A program made the position numbers and the translations under genes. 64,000 nt of DNA, from the NCBI RefSeq assembly GCF_009914755.1, contig NC_060934.1; one strand, given 5' to 3'. Every line of letters starts with the position of its first letter. Positions within the stretch are counted from its first letter, which is position 1. The stretch is from the human T2T-CHM13v2.0 reference genome, Homo sapiens. Below are positions 1 through 25,454 of the stretch, piece by piece. Under the pieces are notes generated by a model. The model was not told the DNA's origin. It searched no databases and was given only the letters and a program-made list of their open reading frames with translations.

Positions 1-44
1 TCCTGTCTTACTTGTATACCCTAGATTTTTTGGCATAGCCTTGA

Positions 45-384
<340 letters not shown>

Positions 385-975
385 ATTCATAAGTTCTTTA
401 CACATTTATCAGAATGAATTTGGACAGTATTTTATGTTTTTAAGAAGGAAAGGATAATGCACATGTTTTTTCTTTTCCGAGAACTTCTACTGAGAGTTAA
501 AGGTTGGAGTGGTGAAGTGATGGTTTAAAAAAAAAAAAAAAGAAAAGAAAAGAGAGAGACAGAGGAAGATTTTAACATTAAAAGAGGAATTTAGGGAATG
601 GCTGATGGTCATGACACGGTCGGCAGAGGAAGTTTTGCTTACTAGCCACACTTAGGCTTCTGAGTAGAGTGGATATTATGTCATTGCTATTATAGCATGT
701 GTTTATTTCACACACTGCTTTTGAAGATTGGGTGGAAACTGTCAGATGTGAGGCATAGCATGAATGAAAGGTAAATAGCATGAGTATTAGAAAGTAGATG
801 AGGAAGTTTAATAATTTTAATGTGCTTCATAAGCTCTCATGGACTTTCACGTATCAATTAGTAAAAGACGTAACTAAGTGATCTGGCTTTCAGTCTCCTA
901 GTTCTCTACAGTGTACCCTCAGTTTTCCACGTGCTTACACATGCCTACATTTGTACTGAGAGAAAAGGAAATAGT

Positions 976-1237
<262 letters not shown>

Positions 1238-1254
1238 AATAAATAGTTTTATGT

Positions 1255-1600
<346 letters not shown>

Positions 1601-1943
1601 TCAGTCTTTGTTGCAGAATGGTAAATGATGCGTGGATGAGAGAAGTGGGGTGATGGGATATTTCTTCCCTTTAATGCCTTAATTTGCATTTCCAAAGCAC
1701 CTTTAAGCATCTTTTTATAGAACTCCCATGATCTTCTGATACCTGTCTTCTCGCAGACCCCAGAAAGAGAATACACCAATTTTCGTATCATCTATTCCAT
1801 TGTTGCCGAATATTTGAGTTGTTTCAAGTTTGGGGCAATTGTGAACAAAGCTGCTATGAGCATTCCTATACCTGTCATCTGGTGCCCATGTGCACAAGTT
1901 TCTCTAAGGTATACACCTAGGAATGAAATTGCCGGTTTATAGC

Positions 1944-2049
1944 TAGGGTGACCATTTGTCCTGGTTTTTGCTTATTTTCCCAGCGTAACTGTAACACTTT
2001 TAGTTTTCAAAAGTATCTAGGGTTAGATGATGAATTGTATGGTCACCTA
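1944..2049. mobile_element. MER94-like hAT-Blackjack MITE
   Basis: Terminal inverted repeats TAGGGTGACCAT ... ATGGTCACCTA; internal caaaagtatc...gatgaattgtatggtc resembles the MER94 consensus. Confidence 0.75.
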
Positions 2050-2138
2050 GTCATAAGGTATGCTTGTCTTCATCTTTACTAAGTACCAAACTCTTCTAAA
2101 GTATTGTACCAGGTTACACTCCCTCCAGCAATATATGA

Positions 2139-2613
<475 letters not shown>

Positions 2614-3224
2614 AGCTCTTCATATACTTTTTTAGCCATTTAGATAGCCTCATTTATAAAGTTCTGTTCAAGTCTTTCCCACCCTGCTTTTAAAAGTTGG
2701 GCCTTGTATCTTTTATTGCTATTTAGAAGTTCTTTATTTACTGTGAATACAAGTCCTTTGTCATGTGTGTGTGTTGCAAATACTGTGGCTTGCCTTTTCA
2801 CTCTCTTTATGGTGTCTTTTAATGAACAGAAGTTCTTAATTTTAATGGAGTCAAATTTATTGGTCTTTACTTTATGGTTAGTGCCTTTTGTGTCTTGTTT
2901 TAAGACTTTTCCTACCCTGAGGTCAATAAGATATTCTCCTATGCAGTACTATCTTTTTAAAGCTTTGTTGACCTTAAACAATGTATAACTATGAGTAAAA
3001 TACACTCTTCTTGACCCCAGCCTCACCATTACAATCTATTTTTGCTTTCCTTCACTTTTTTCTGTTCTCTGTCTTGAATTTTTACTTCTCTGCAGCTATA
3101 ACTAAGAGCCAGGTGCTGACTTCTCCTGTCTCTTAGGAGAAAATGGTCATATAGACAGAAGTTCAGCCAGATTAGATTTTACAGGTCTCCAGCTGACTGT
3201 ATTGCCCTTTTTCCTTTTATGAGC

Positions 3225-3440
3225 TAGCATTTTATTGTGTTCCTGCTATGTGTCTGCCATCATCCTTGCTGCTTTCATATTTGTTATCTCAGTGATTCCT
3301 CTTAACGGTTCTGTAAAACAGAGAAGTATTCTCATTTTTACAGAAGAGAAAACAGAGACTTAGATTGATTTAGTAGCATGTCCAATATCCCCTAGCCTAG
3401 GTAGCTAGCAGAATGGGGACTGGATCCCTGACTCTGATAC
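3225..3440 (-). mobile_element. MIR SINE
   Basis: Core match ctcatttttacagaagagaaaacagagacttaga. Confidence 0.75.
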
Positions 3441-3607
3441 TTCCCATCACAGCACACCTACTTGTTGATTAAAATGTCAGAAACCTGTTTTTTGATAACA
3501 TCCAAAACCAAAAAGAATAACTTTCTTACTCTTGATGTAACATGCCTTAAGTAAAGCACACAAAGCTAACTATTGTGAAACTGGATAAAATACCTCTCTG
3601 TATATAG

Positions 3608-3750
3608 CCAGTGGACCTTAAGTGGTCCATGGCTGGATGACAGAAGGTCTGTTAACCCTTAAAAATGTATACCAGTGTATATGGGTACATGTGCTTATTT
3701 TTTAGAGTAGAGCTATAATATTTATGAAACTCTCAAAAGGGAACCTGAAT
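3608..3750 (+). mobile_element. Charlie4z-like hAT MITE, degraded
   Basis: cagtggaccttaa...ggtccatgg...atgaaactctcaaaaggg follows the Charlie4z layout. Confidence 0.5.
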
Positions 3751-3857
3751 TTTTCAGGGTATCTGGATATCTGGTCTGAAGACATCTGTAATACAGTTAA
3801 CAAAGAATCCTGTAATAATCTCTCTTTCAAAAGAATCATAAAAAAGTTAAGATGTCA

Positions 3858-4707
<850 letters not shown>

Positions 4708-5562
4708 TTATTCTCGGTCTTTGTCATCAAAAACCAACTAAAGCTAATTTGTAATTAGGGAGAAATCTAGGATTGAATAGGAATTTTTAAATGCCAAAAA
4801 AAGACACTCTAAATTTAGTTGATTATTTCTTAAGTGAAAGTGCTTAGTTATAATACATCATTACTAATCAGTGTACCCTGGCTCCAAAGACCTGATGACT
4901 TCAAATGACTTTTCATCTTGTCTCTAAATTCCTCTGTTTTACAAGGGATCAAATTTCCTGTGAGGTTCCTAACAGTGTGATTAAATTTTAGAGACTGAAA
5001 CTATTGAGCACTTAAATGCAGGGATAACTATGCAAACCTAATTCATGGGTTTCACCAGGAGATTTGGGACCTGTCTCTACTAATTTATGATGATGATGTT
5101 GAAACTAATCTTTGCTAGGGATTATGGAAACCATAATAGTTTATTGATGGTTCAGTTATTGTTTGTTGAAGCACATTTACACAATTATAGTTTAATGACA
5201 TAACAAGGATATTGTCAACTAGGAGAGCATGACATGAAAAATTAAACTTGCAATTAATATAATATGTATTAGTTGAAATGATAATTTTTATGGTGATTTA
5301 GCCTCTTAGAAATCCTTGGAAAACATTATTAGCTTATGAATTGAAAACTCTCTTTGTTAATGAGTAGTGGGAAAGAACTTAGTGTTACTCTAAAAAGATG
5401 GGGAATTAAATATTCAGTTCAACCAGCGTTTTATTGAGTGCCTGCTCTGGGCTTGCTGCTGAGTTAGGCTCATAAATATAAGTTGAACAAGATTGATGTT
5501 TGCAGAGATGAAATACTGGTTGCTTTTGTTTTTTCTTTCAATCACCCTTCCCTCCAGAGTAG

Positions 5563-6346
<784 letters not shown>

Positions 6347-6459
6347 AACTTAATTTCTTTATCCCTTTTGAGCATATACCTGTTCTAGTCAGGCACATGG
6401 ACTTGGTGTCCCTTTTGTTTGACAGCTCATTCTTAGCTTCTGTTATTTCACTTTGATTT

Positions 6460-6760
6460 CCTTCATTCATTCCCCGATACATTTATTTAGCAAATAGGCA
6501 TTGAAACCCTCTTATGATCAAGTTGTGGTCTTGGGAAATCTTAGGGTATACAAAGATGAATCAAGCATGAATCCTGTTTTTAAGAATTTTATAGTCTAGT
6601 AGGGGTGACAAGGTTAATACACAAGTAAGCATAATACTAAGTGGGAAATGAATGTCAAAACAGTAAAAAAGCTAAAAGCTTCCTGTTAGACAAAGATGTT
6701 TGGGGCTTTTGAGAAGTTGTTTGCACTGGGCCATGAAGGATTTGAATTTGGGCAGAGGGA
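6460..6760 (-). mobile_element. L2 3' fragment
   Basis: ttcattcattc...catttatttagcaa...atacaaagatgaatcaagcatgaatcctg...atagtctagtaggg is typical antisense L2 3' end. Confidence 0.6.
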
Positions 6761-7079
6761 CGGTGGGGCACTTATCCAGGCTCAGCATTATCTTTCAAGG
6801 TTCAGTTTCAGTCCCATCCATCCAAGAGATGTTCATCCATCCTCCACGTGGTTTCAGCAAGGTAGTATAGTCACAGTTGTTTCCAGACTTCTTCCTTCTG
6901 TAATCAGAGGAACACTTCCTTTAAAGCGAATCTTATGGGGAAGACAAATATATGTAAAACAGTTAAAGTGGAGCTGCACTGTTGGGTTCAAGGTGCTGCA
7001 ATGGCCCAAAGTTTAACCCACAAGGGGTACCTGAAGGTAATACCCGAAGTAACTCCTTGTCACAGAGATCTAAAGAGCC

Positions 7080-7300
7080 TAGTTTGAAAACCTCTGGAGA
7101 GACAGAAAGAGTTTGGGCTTTGGCATCTGAATTAAAATCCTTCATGACTTAATGGCTCTGAGATCTTGGCTAAGTCAAGCCTGTTTTCCTTTTGTAAAAA
7201 CAACAATGCTACCTTACAGAGTTGTTTTAAAGTTTACTGATAATCTATGTAAAGTACCTGGACCACAGTAGGTGTCAGGAAATGGTTGGTATTATTATTA
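7080..7300 (+). mobile_element. MIR SINE
   Basis: atcttggctaagtca...cctgttttccttttgtaaaa...ctaccttacagagttgtt...atgtaaagtacctgg. Confidence 0.7.
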
Positions 7301-7330
7301 TTATTATAGTTTAGTGCTTTGTTATTTCTT

Positions 7331-7920
7331 TTTTTTTAAACAATTTATTGAGGTGAAACTCACATAACATAAAATGAAAAAACCATTAAAAAGTGAACAA
7401 ATCAGTGGCATTTAGTACATTCAGTGTTGTGTCACCACTGCCACTATCAAGTTCCAAAACATTTTTATTGATCCCAAATAAAACCCCTTACCCATTAAGC
7501 AGTTTCTCTAGATATGTCCCTGAGACTCCACCAATCTGTGTTTTGTCTATGGATTTATCTATTCTGGATGTCTCATATGAATGAAATTATATGATGTGTG
7601 GCCTTTTGTGTCTGGCTTCTTTCACAGCATAACGTGTTTGAGGTCCATCTACATTGTAGTAGCATGTATCGAAACTTCATTGCTTTTTATAGTTGTATAG
7701 TATTCTAGTGTATGGATATACCACAGTTTATCTGTTCATCTGTTGATGGACATTTGGGCTGTTTACACCTTTTGGCTACTGTGAATAGTTTTGTTATGAA
7801 CATGGGTGTACGTGTACTTATTTGAGTATCTGTTCTCAATTCTTTTGAGTCTATACCTAGAAATGGAATTACAGAACCATATGGTAATTCTGTGTTTAAC
7901 TTTTTGAGGAACCGCCAAAC
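7331..7920 (-). mobile_element. L1MB-type 3' end (5'-truncated) with intact 18-bp TSD
   Basis: Antisense L1 3'UTR (tttattgaggtgaaactcacataacataaa...aactttttgaggaaccgccaaac). TSD agtgctttg(t/c)tatttctt at 7313-7330 and 7921-7938. Confidence 0.88.
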
Positions 7921-10208
7921 AGTGCTTTGCTATTTCTTAATTGCTTCTTATATGTTCTGTCTCTAGCTTTGCTTTGTATTCCCCATAGTACCTACCACAG
8001 GGCTGCATGCAGGGAGCATCAGCTCGCTAAATATTTGTTGGTTTTTCTTTGATTAGTATTTATAACCTCACCTCCCAGTTCACATGTTTTGGGCCTGAAG
8101 CATTGATTTCAGAGGAAATAGATGCATCCAGGATTTGAAAGATAAGAAATATCACCATATGGATGGCGTTTCATGTTGTCAGACAACAGATATTTGTTAA
8201 CCAAGGACACTATTTTGAGCAACTCTGCCAATAACCTGAGCTGGGTGCTGATAGAAGAAAAATAAGTCAAGGTCCCTTCCCCTAAACAGTTCTGTTCTGT
8301 TTCGGAAGATACTGCTTAGATTTGTGGATGCTCACTCAGTTACACAATGGGCTTTGAAAAAATCCAGGTTTTCCAACAGTGATCCCTTTGGGGAAAAAAA
8401 AGAAAGAAAAAGCCAGGACTTATGAAAGTAAAATAGTTAAAAATAACTGTTAGCAAGTAAAACTCAGGATGACAAAAGTGTAAACTCTATTATTAATCTT
8501 TGTTTTTTTCTACCACTGTTTTTTGCCTCATCCATAATCTCATGACTTGAGTGTTATGACATTGATTTTGAAACAACACACACAGCTTTAGTAAAAGCTT
8601 AGAGGAGGCCTCGCATAATACTTATGATCCAGGATATTTTGACTCTTCTTATGCTGACATGAATATTTCTGAATAGTGTTGATGTTTATGTAATACCAGT
8701 GAAGCTAAAAGCTCAGTGCTGGACTAAGCATTTCTCTAGATATGTTTAGAATATTTGTAATGAATGATGTAAATAGTGTTATATTATAAGACCGTATGAT
8801 ACAACCATATAATTTACTGATATTTTGTAGTTAAAAATAAAATGATTCACAACCTTAGAAAATAGAATAATTTAATTTGATGTAGCACAAATCCCCAGAA
8901 TTAATTTAGGATGATTTGCTACCTTTTTGATAGCCTTTTAGTCCAACCTTCAAGTTTTTATAGAAAAAAAATGAAAAGAGAATAATGATTTTAGGGTTTT
9001 CGCTTGTGATAGAATGTCCTATCTACATGTGAAGCAAATCCCCATGCTCTGAAAAAGAGAAATAGTGTGGATAATTCCAAATCAGGAAAAAAAAAATCAT
9101 TTCTATTTGGCTTTTGAATGAATTATGCATTTTTTTTTCCTGTGGATTTGTCTTTCCAGTTAGATACTGCTTAGGCTAAAATGAAATTGGTTTTCAATCT
9201 ATTCTCTTGCTTATATGAATTTACAGTGGGGCCAGTGGGATGTTGGAAACAAATCAGCCTAAGATTAAAAAATTTGCGGTGGATAATATACAAAGTGGAT
9301 AATATACATGTGTTTAGTTGAGAATTGGCTACAGATAAGAGACTTCTGATTTTGTTCCTCTCCTAGCTGTGTATTTTTTTTTTTTTTTTGAACACTGTGA
9401 TTCTGCTTGTAGCAAAGAGCTGCTGAGTTACATCTGCTTCTGCCTAATTAACTCTGTTGGTTGGTGTCAGATGAGAGCTAATTTTGAGATTAAATCGAGG
9501 AGTGGGGTGTGTGTCGTGGCTGGGGGAGGGGAGAAGGAGGATCCAAGGTTGCTTGATTGTTTTACGTAAGATCAAAATGCAGTTATTCACAATTGTTCTT
9601 TTAAATTTATTTTTTGCTTTTCAAGTAAAAATAATCACTGCTGTCCTAAAATGTGACTTGTGTCAATACATATTTACTATTATGTAAACTGGTACGTTTT
9701 TCTTGTAGGTGAGCTTATTGGTCATATCTGGGTAGTCCATTCAGTACCTAGGTGCCTGGTGGCCTTTGGGACAAACAGCGAATGCTGCCCAGGAATGTGA
9801 ATGCTGACCTTAAAACAACTTTTGACTGTCTTTTTTTCTGATAAATGTTATATCTGTTTGGCTATTTGAGTAGTAGTGGGTTTTTGTTTTTGTTTTGTTT
9901 TTCCATGATGAGATTTTTTCTTAGGAATCTATCACAAACCTGATTTTTAAAATTTGAACAGGTCTGGGCTTAGGGATGAAATTTACTTCTATAGGCACTT
10001 GGCTGGGTCCTTGGGGCTTCATTTTCTGTCTCAAGTTTCATATTTATAAGAATCCTTCAGTGGTCTAAAAGAATTATTATATCACCAAATGTAGTATAAT
10101 AACTCATTGGAGCTGTTTGTCTTGAATGGTTGTGGAGATACACGGATGGTTGCTGAATTTAAGGATGTCCTTATGTCCAAATGAACATTTCCTTTTTTCT
10201 TTTGGCAG

Positions 10209-10278
10209 ATTTGCCTGAAGACCTGGATAATCTCCATTTTTGTCATGGACTGTTAAAACGTTTGAAGTTCCAATTCTG
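10209..10278 (+). other. KAT6B: 70-nt non-coding 5'UTR exon (exon 2 of the main KAT6B transcript)
   Basis: Strong acceptor tttccttttttcttttggcag| (AG 10207-10208) and donor CTG|GTACTT (GT 10279-10280) in repeat-free sequence. Consistent with my recollection of the KAT6B exon structure. Confidence 0.8.
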
Positions 10279-10379
10279 GTACTTTCCCTTATTTTATTAC
10301 ATTTTTAAGGTATAAAATGACAATCTTATTGAAATGTGTTGGTAATGGATATAAACAATTGTTTTATGGATATAAATGA

Positions 10380-11070
<691 letters not shown>

Positions 11071-11439
11071 TAATGTACGTTCGTTTGCTTGTGTAACAAA
11101 ACACCTAAAAGCAACTTGGCAATATTGGGCACTTTTCCTGTGACCTCTTCTACTTTCTGCAGTTGTATTTTGTGCAATCAAATTAAATTAGTTGTGATTC
11201 ATCCTGAATAAATGATGAAAGATTAAATAATTACTTGGATACAGTGAAATATCTTCTAATGAAATTTTGCCCGAAACCATTTTACTTGGGAAAGATCAAT
11301 TTCCTGTTCTAAACTAACTGACAGAGAATGATTCTGTGTTCTATCCTGAAAGTGGTTGCACTGTGAAAGCCAGTGATTTCATTCCTAAACACACTGTGTT
11401 CCAAGTCTAACATTTTTGTCAAGGGTTTATATAATGAAA

Positions 11440-12238
11440 CAAAAGTGAGTACTTATTAGATTTGTAGATGACATAGATGACAGAATCAAGATTCAAAACA
11501 ATCTTTAGCAGGTTGGAAGATAGGCTTAAATCAACGAGATGAAATTGAACGGTAATAAACGTTAAATTGCAGCATTTCAATTTGCAGAAGGAAAGGGGTG
11601 GAAAGACTCAACTTGACAGCACTTTTTGAAAAAAGATCTGGGATTTTTAGTTGGACTGCATGCTCACCATGACCACTTGTGTGGCAGGGGTATTGAGGAA
11701 GTTCCTGTAATTTGGGTTGCATTTATAATTGGATAATGCCTGAACTGTCATATTTTAAGATGGCCAATAGCCAAACTAGTGAGCAACCAAGAGAAAGTGG
11801 TGCTTTGAAACAATGTGATATGTGGAAGGGTTAAGAAACTGGGATATGAGTGGTCTAAGTTATGGCTGGAGGTAGCATGGGGTTTTGTCGTTAGTGGTTT
11901 TCAAAAGGTACTTGTTTTTGGACATTTGAAGGCCTCTCATACTGAAGAAATACTAAGAATTGTCTTGGGATCCTTCCAGGGAATAGGACTAGTTAGGAAT
12001 AGGAATAGGGTCGAAGTTATGGGGTGGCAGATTTTTGCTTCTCTGAGCAAGAAATTTAGCTAGAGCTGTGCAACAGTGGGGTGAGCTGCCTCAAAAAGTG
12101 ACAAATTATCAATCACTGGAAGTATTTTAAAAATGTAAAGACTCATTGCCCATCTATTTGGGATATTGGGCAGGGATCTTTTATTGGATAACTAGAGGTT
12201 GGACTGGATGACCTTCAGCCCCAAGTTTCTGAATCTGA
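11440..12238 (+). mobile_element. L3/CR1 LINE relic (RT C-terminal region and 3' end)
   Basis: tttgtagatgaca (FxDD motif) and agaatcaagattcaaaacaatc...aggttggaagat (RIQNDLxRLExW-like). Ends in the CR1-type 3' terminus aggttggactggatgacct...ttctgaatctga. Confidence 0.7.
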
Positions 12239-12559
12239 GGGGAGAATGAGTAGAGTGAATTTACAGCTTACTGATCACAGGGACAATCTTGTTTAAATTG
12301 CCTCCTTTAAGGTGGCATTTTGGGTTGGCATTTAAAACTGTACTGTTTGAACAAGTATAGTTCAATGACCCAGCTGTTTTTCAGCAACATTCCAGGATCT
12401 CTGAGAGCAAATACTATATTCTTCAGTATGTCTGGCTAAAGTTTTTAAGGAAAGATATTATTTTCTTCTCTTAGGTATAGTCTGTCTAAATAAATAACCA
12501 GAGATAACTTTAATTTTGTATTTTGTTATAAAAATTTCAAAGTATATAGATGTTGCATT

Positions 12560-13290
<731 letters not shown>

Positions 13291-14125
13291 CACCAAGATT
13301 AGAGCTCAGGTTTGGCCCAATTCCCAGGCCAAGGCTCTTTCTCCTTGTAGCCTCTTTGTAGATGTACTCAATACCAGATTGGAGATCTAGGGTGGTTTTT
13401 GTATATACCAAGCATCTCTCAGAACAAATGCCACTGTCCACCTGGAATCAGATTTGTATATATCTTCTTTGTACTGAGCTGTTTAATGAGCTAACTGGGT
13501 ATTAAGATAACTAGAATGCTCTACTACTTAAAGGTGAAGGGTTATGTTACTGTATTATTTTCAGTTTTCCAATTTGTGGGTTAGAGGGTATCATAGACCT
13601 CTGTTAAAGGGATGGGGATGTGATTCCATAGAAGTAGCTAGATGGGAAGTTTTTTTACGTATGAGACTTGGGAAATACAATACCTAGCTGAAAGCTGGAT
13701 TATTTACTCTTTTTTTTAAGTTTAAGATTTTTTGAAATAAGTTTAATGTACTTTCATCAGATTTTTTATATCATAGACTTATTCTTTGATGTGTATTTTA
13801 TGTTTATGGCAGACATATACCTCAAACCACTTTCATATAATTTTGTTAATTTCAATAAATATAATTAAATGTATAATTTAGATGTGATTATGCCTCATAA
13901 ATGACTTCATATAGAGAAGTGAAACATTCTAAAAACAATTTCTTCTCAGACTGTGACCCAATTTCTTGTTGAAAAATATAGTCACTGTGGCTGTGTTATG
14001 TAATACCTGCCTGTCATTACTTCTTGTGGTCATTCTGTGTCTGAAAAAGTCATGCTAAAGAATCTTTTAGTTTATTTGTGTAAGCTTCATTATTAAGAGA
14101 CTTTCCCCTCTTTTTATCCTTTAAG

Positions 14126-15067
<942 letters not shown>

Positions 15068-15235
15068 TAAGTTTTATGTGGACAAAAGTTCTGAATAAAG
15101 TTTGATAAAATTGAATGTTTTGCCTTAGAGCAGGCTTTTGTATTTTAAAATGTATATATTGTACTGCATTGTGTGGAGGACTTCCTCACTGGTTGGCCAA
15201 GAATTTAATGGAAGAGTCATGTGGTTTGTTTTTAA

Positions 15236-16052
<817 letters not shown>

Positions 16053-16438
16053 TAATACGTCACCTAAATCCCTCATTTCAATAAAAAGTCATTTTTTATT
16101 GTCCACTTCTCTGTGTTGTAGGTGAATGTTTATTTTGTCTCATACAGTATCTTTTTAAAATACTCTGATTTCTTGGGCCTTATGTTATTTCTATAGTATT
16201 TATAAATATATGGCAGAATTCTCCTTACATTACTGCTACCACTTTAAGTTTTTGGTTGAGTAAGATTTGTCTTTGTTTCAAAGCTACAGTATTTACTTCC
16301 CAAACTAAACACAAAGTAGAGCAGCAGAAAGTTATTTATAGTTCATGTCTAGTTTTGGGGTTTATTCTCTGTCTTTTGGGTGAGCAGATATATTGATATC
16401 AGTTAATTTTATTAATACATGTTATAAAACATTAATCA

Positions 16439-19291
<2,853 letters not shown>

Positions 19292-19322
19292 TTAAAACCA
19301 TGTAAACTCGCTAAGTAAATTT

Positions 19323-20225
<903 letters not shown>

Positions 20226-20513
20226 CCTAGTAGCCATTTTAAAATAGTTTGAGTTTCTTATACTAAATCATAGTATGCTAATTGTCGACCTATGATGATT
20301 CTTCCTTTGGCTGCTGAACTTGGATTCATATGTAGATTGATTGTACTATAATTTCCTATATATAAGACTTTTTCTAATATATTTGAAAAGATTATCATTG
20401 TTCTTGATGTGCTTGAAGTCATAGGATTTGCCTTGCATTGTGGGAGGAAATTTATGATATAAGTGAAAACAGTTCAGAAATGGAGTGATCTCAATTACAA
20501 TCTAGTCAACTAA

Positions 20514-21720
<1,207 letters not shown>

Positions 21721-22635
21721 GTGGTGGCTTTTTATTAACAGTAAAAGTATCTCTTCCAGTTCTTCAAATGATTAGAAGCAGTTTTGCCCCAACAAATAGA
21801 TTTCCAGCATTTTAAATTTGGTAGATGCAATGAGCTTATTATAGTTTTTAAAGTAGATACTATTTATAATATTAGCAATATGGAAAGGCAGTAGAGAAAG
21901 TAGTAAGTCTGTGTCTAATTAGATTGAACATCATCATCATTCCGATGCATGACTGCTAGGAGGAATACAATGCAAGTTAAAATAGAAGGGCTCCTTCCTT
22001 TCTGAAATGTAATTGCACATCTTCTGATAGTCTGGAATTCAAATTGGGTATTACCACACTGGCTTCTTAGCATAAATTCTTTGTATTTATTTAAGAAAGC
22101 TCTCTTCGGTGAGGTGATATGGAAATGAATTAAACCACTGAAGATAAAACTTTATCTTTGACTTGGTGAGGGAACTCCTAAAGGATAGTATTAATGTTTC
22201 TCATTAAAAGTAGTAAAGCTCAATTAGGTCAGATTATGAGGACTTTGGAAAGTCACATATTCTAAGAGAGACTTCCATTATCACTGCGCACTTTGTAGCA
22301 TTAAGATTCCATTTGAACATTTGAGCTTTAGCATTTTTATAAAATCAGTTTAGTTCCATTTAAAATAAATTCCATAGTATTTCACTTTAGTGAGAATGTC
22401 TTCATAAAATTTATTAAGTGTCAAGTCTTGGTCTGTTTCCAGTGTAGTACATAATGTGGGAATTCTCATTCTAGGTTGGCATCGTAATTGGAAGGTGGGA
22501 CACTTTCAGTATCAAGTAGGGCTTCTGATGTTTTTTCTGTTGAAGAAATATTTGTATTAGAATCTTACAAAAAGCCTTCAAACATAAACAAAATTACAAA
22601 AACAGTGATACTGTCAATAAGAAAAAAATCAAAAT

Positions 22636-23156
<521 letters not shown>

Positions 23157-24568
23157 ACAAAATGATTTTTAAAAGGAGTTCAGATGATCAGAAATGGGGT
23201 TGAAAGACAAACGTAGGACCCTTGTTATGTGTGGTCTTGGCTTATTCAGTTGTTTATTCTATTTCTCCTGCCCCTTTTAGAGAGATACGTTGTTAGGGTT
23301 TTTGGCACTGTTATTAATATGAAATATTTCTACAAATAGAAGATAAATGTACATCCTACAGCAGTTGCTTGAGTTGTTTACACACATGAATTAGATAAGT
23401 TTATTTTTAGATTTTCTTTTCTTCTGTTTTCTCCATTCTGTTTTCTCCTCTTCAGTCCCCTTAACCCTGCCCTAGAGCAGACCCTCCTCATCTGTTCTGG
23501 GACTTTTCCAATAGCCTGTACTTTATGAAGGACTATTCATTAGTCCATATTGTTCTTTGATGTGGCAGGCTTCCAGAAGTCTCTCAGCCCTAGGGGAATT
23601 GTTCATAGTCTCAGGCAACTCTGGATCTTTTTTGGCAGAAATGTGTATATTTTTTATCTGCTAATTATAGAGCCTGAATGTCCTCCTCTCTGTTGACCTT
23701 CTTAGTTTTCCTTTGAATTGGTATCCTTTGTGTTGCAGATGTCATCTTTCTTGAAGAGTGCTTGATTATGTGTATTTAACTGAAAATCGAATAAATCTCT
23801 AAATATTGTAAAATATGCTCTTCAAAATAACCTGCATTTTGGAATTGGTATGGATAAAGTCAGTTTTAGAATCACTAAAGTCAGACAGAAACCTATTGTA
23901 ATGTGAAAGACGAGGTGGATCAAATACTTGCTGTTCCAGGGTCATGGAAGGAAAAAAATTGCAGTTCATGTTCTTCTTATAATTAAGCTTCAGAAGTTCT
24001 TCACAATAGCAGTGTCTGAGGACTGCTTTTGTGAGCAGGTAGTACCAGTTGTTGAGACATTGTTGAGAGAGCACATGAATTGTCTCAAACTAGTTAGTTG
24101 GGTCAAGGGAAAGATAAAATGAAGGGTGAATGAGTCTTTCTATTGTACTCTGAGGCATGACAGCGTGTTCCACTTTTGAGCTTTTATCAAGATGGGACTT
24201 GTCTAGACTTCTAATGAAATGGGCTTCAGGTAAAGTAGAAACATTATGTCAAGAGGATTTTTGGTTGTTCAAATGAATGTTAAACATTCTTTTAACTCTT
24301 TGGATCTTAGATAGATTTGATAGTTGTGATACCTTTACTGTATGTAACACATGATCCTGTCCTGAATGATCAGCAGCTTTCAGGAGTTACTCTTGTATTC
24401 CCAGCTACATTTGTGATACTTTCAGTGCTAAGAAAATCTATATTCTGTAGCTTTGAAGTTATTTAACAGTTAAGTACTATTTGCTGGTTTATTCTGATTT
24501 TGTCTTAAATGACAAATATTTTATTCATCCTTTCTCTTCAAACATTATTTAACAAATGTACGTTTTAA

Positions 24569-25454
<886 letters not shown>

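Noticed and set aside
9905-9943. ATGATGA...CTGA box C/D pair (similar ones at 11212 and 20292)
   Set aside because: Spacing too short or no terminal stem.
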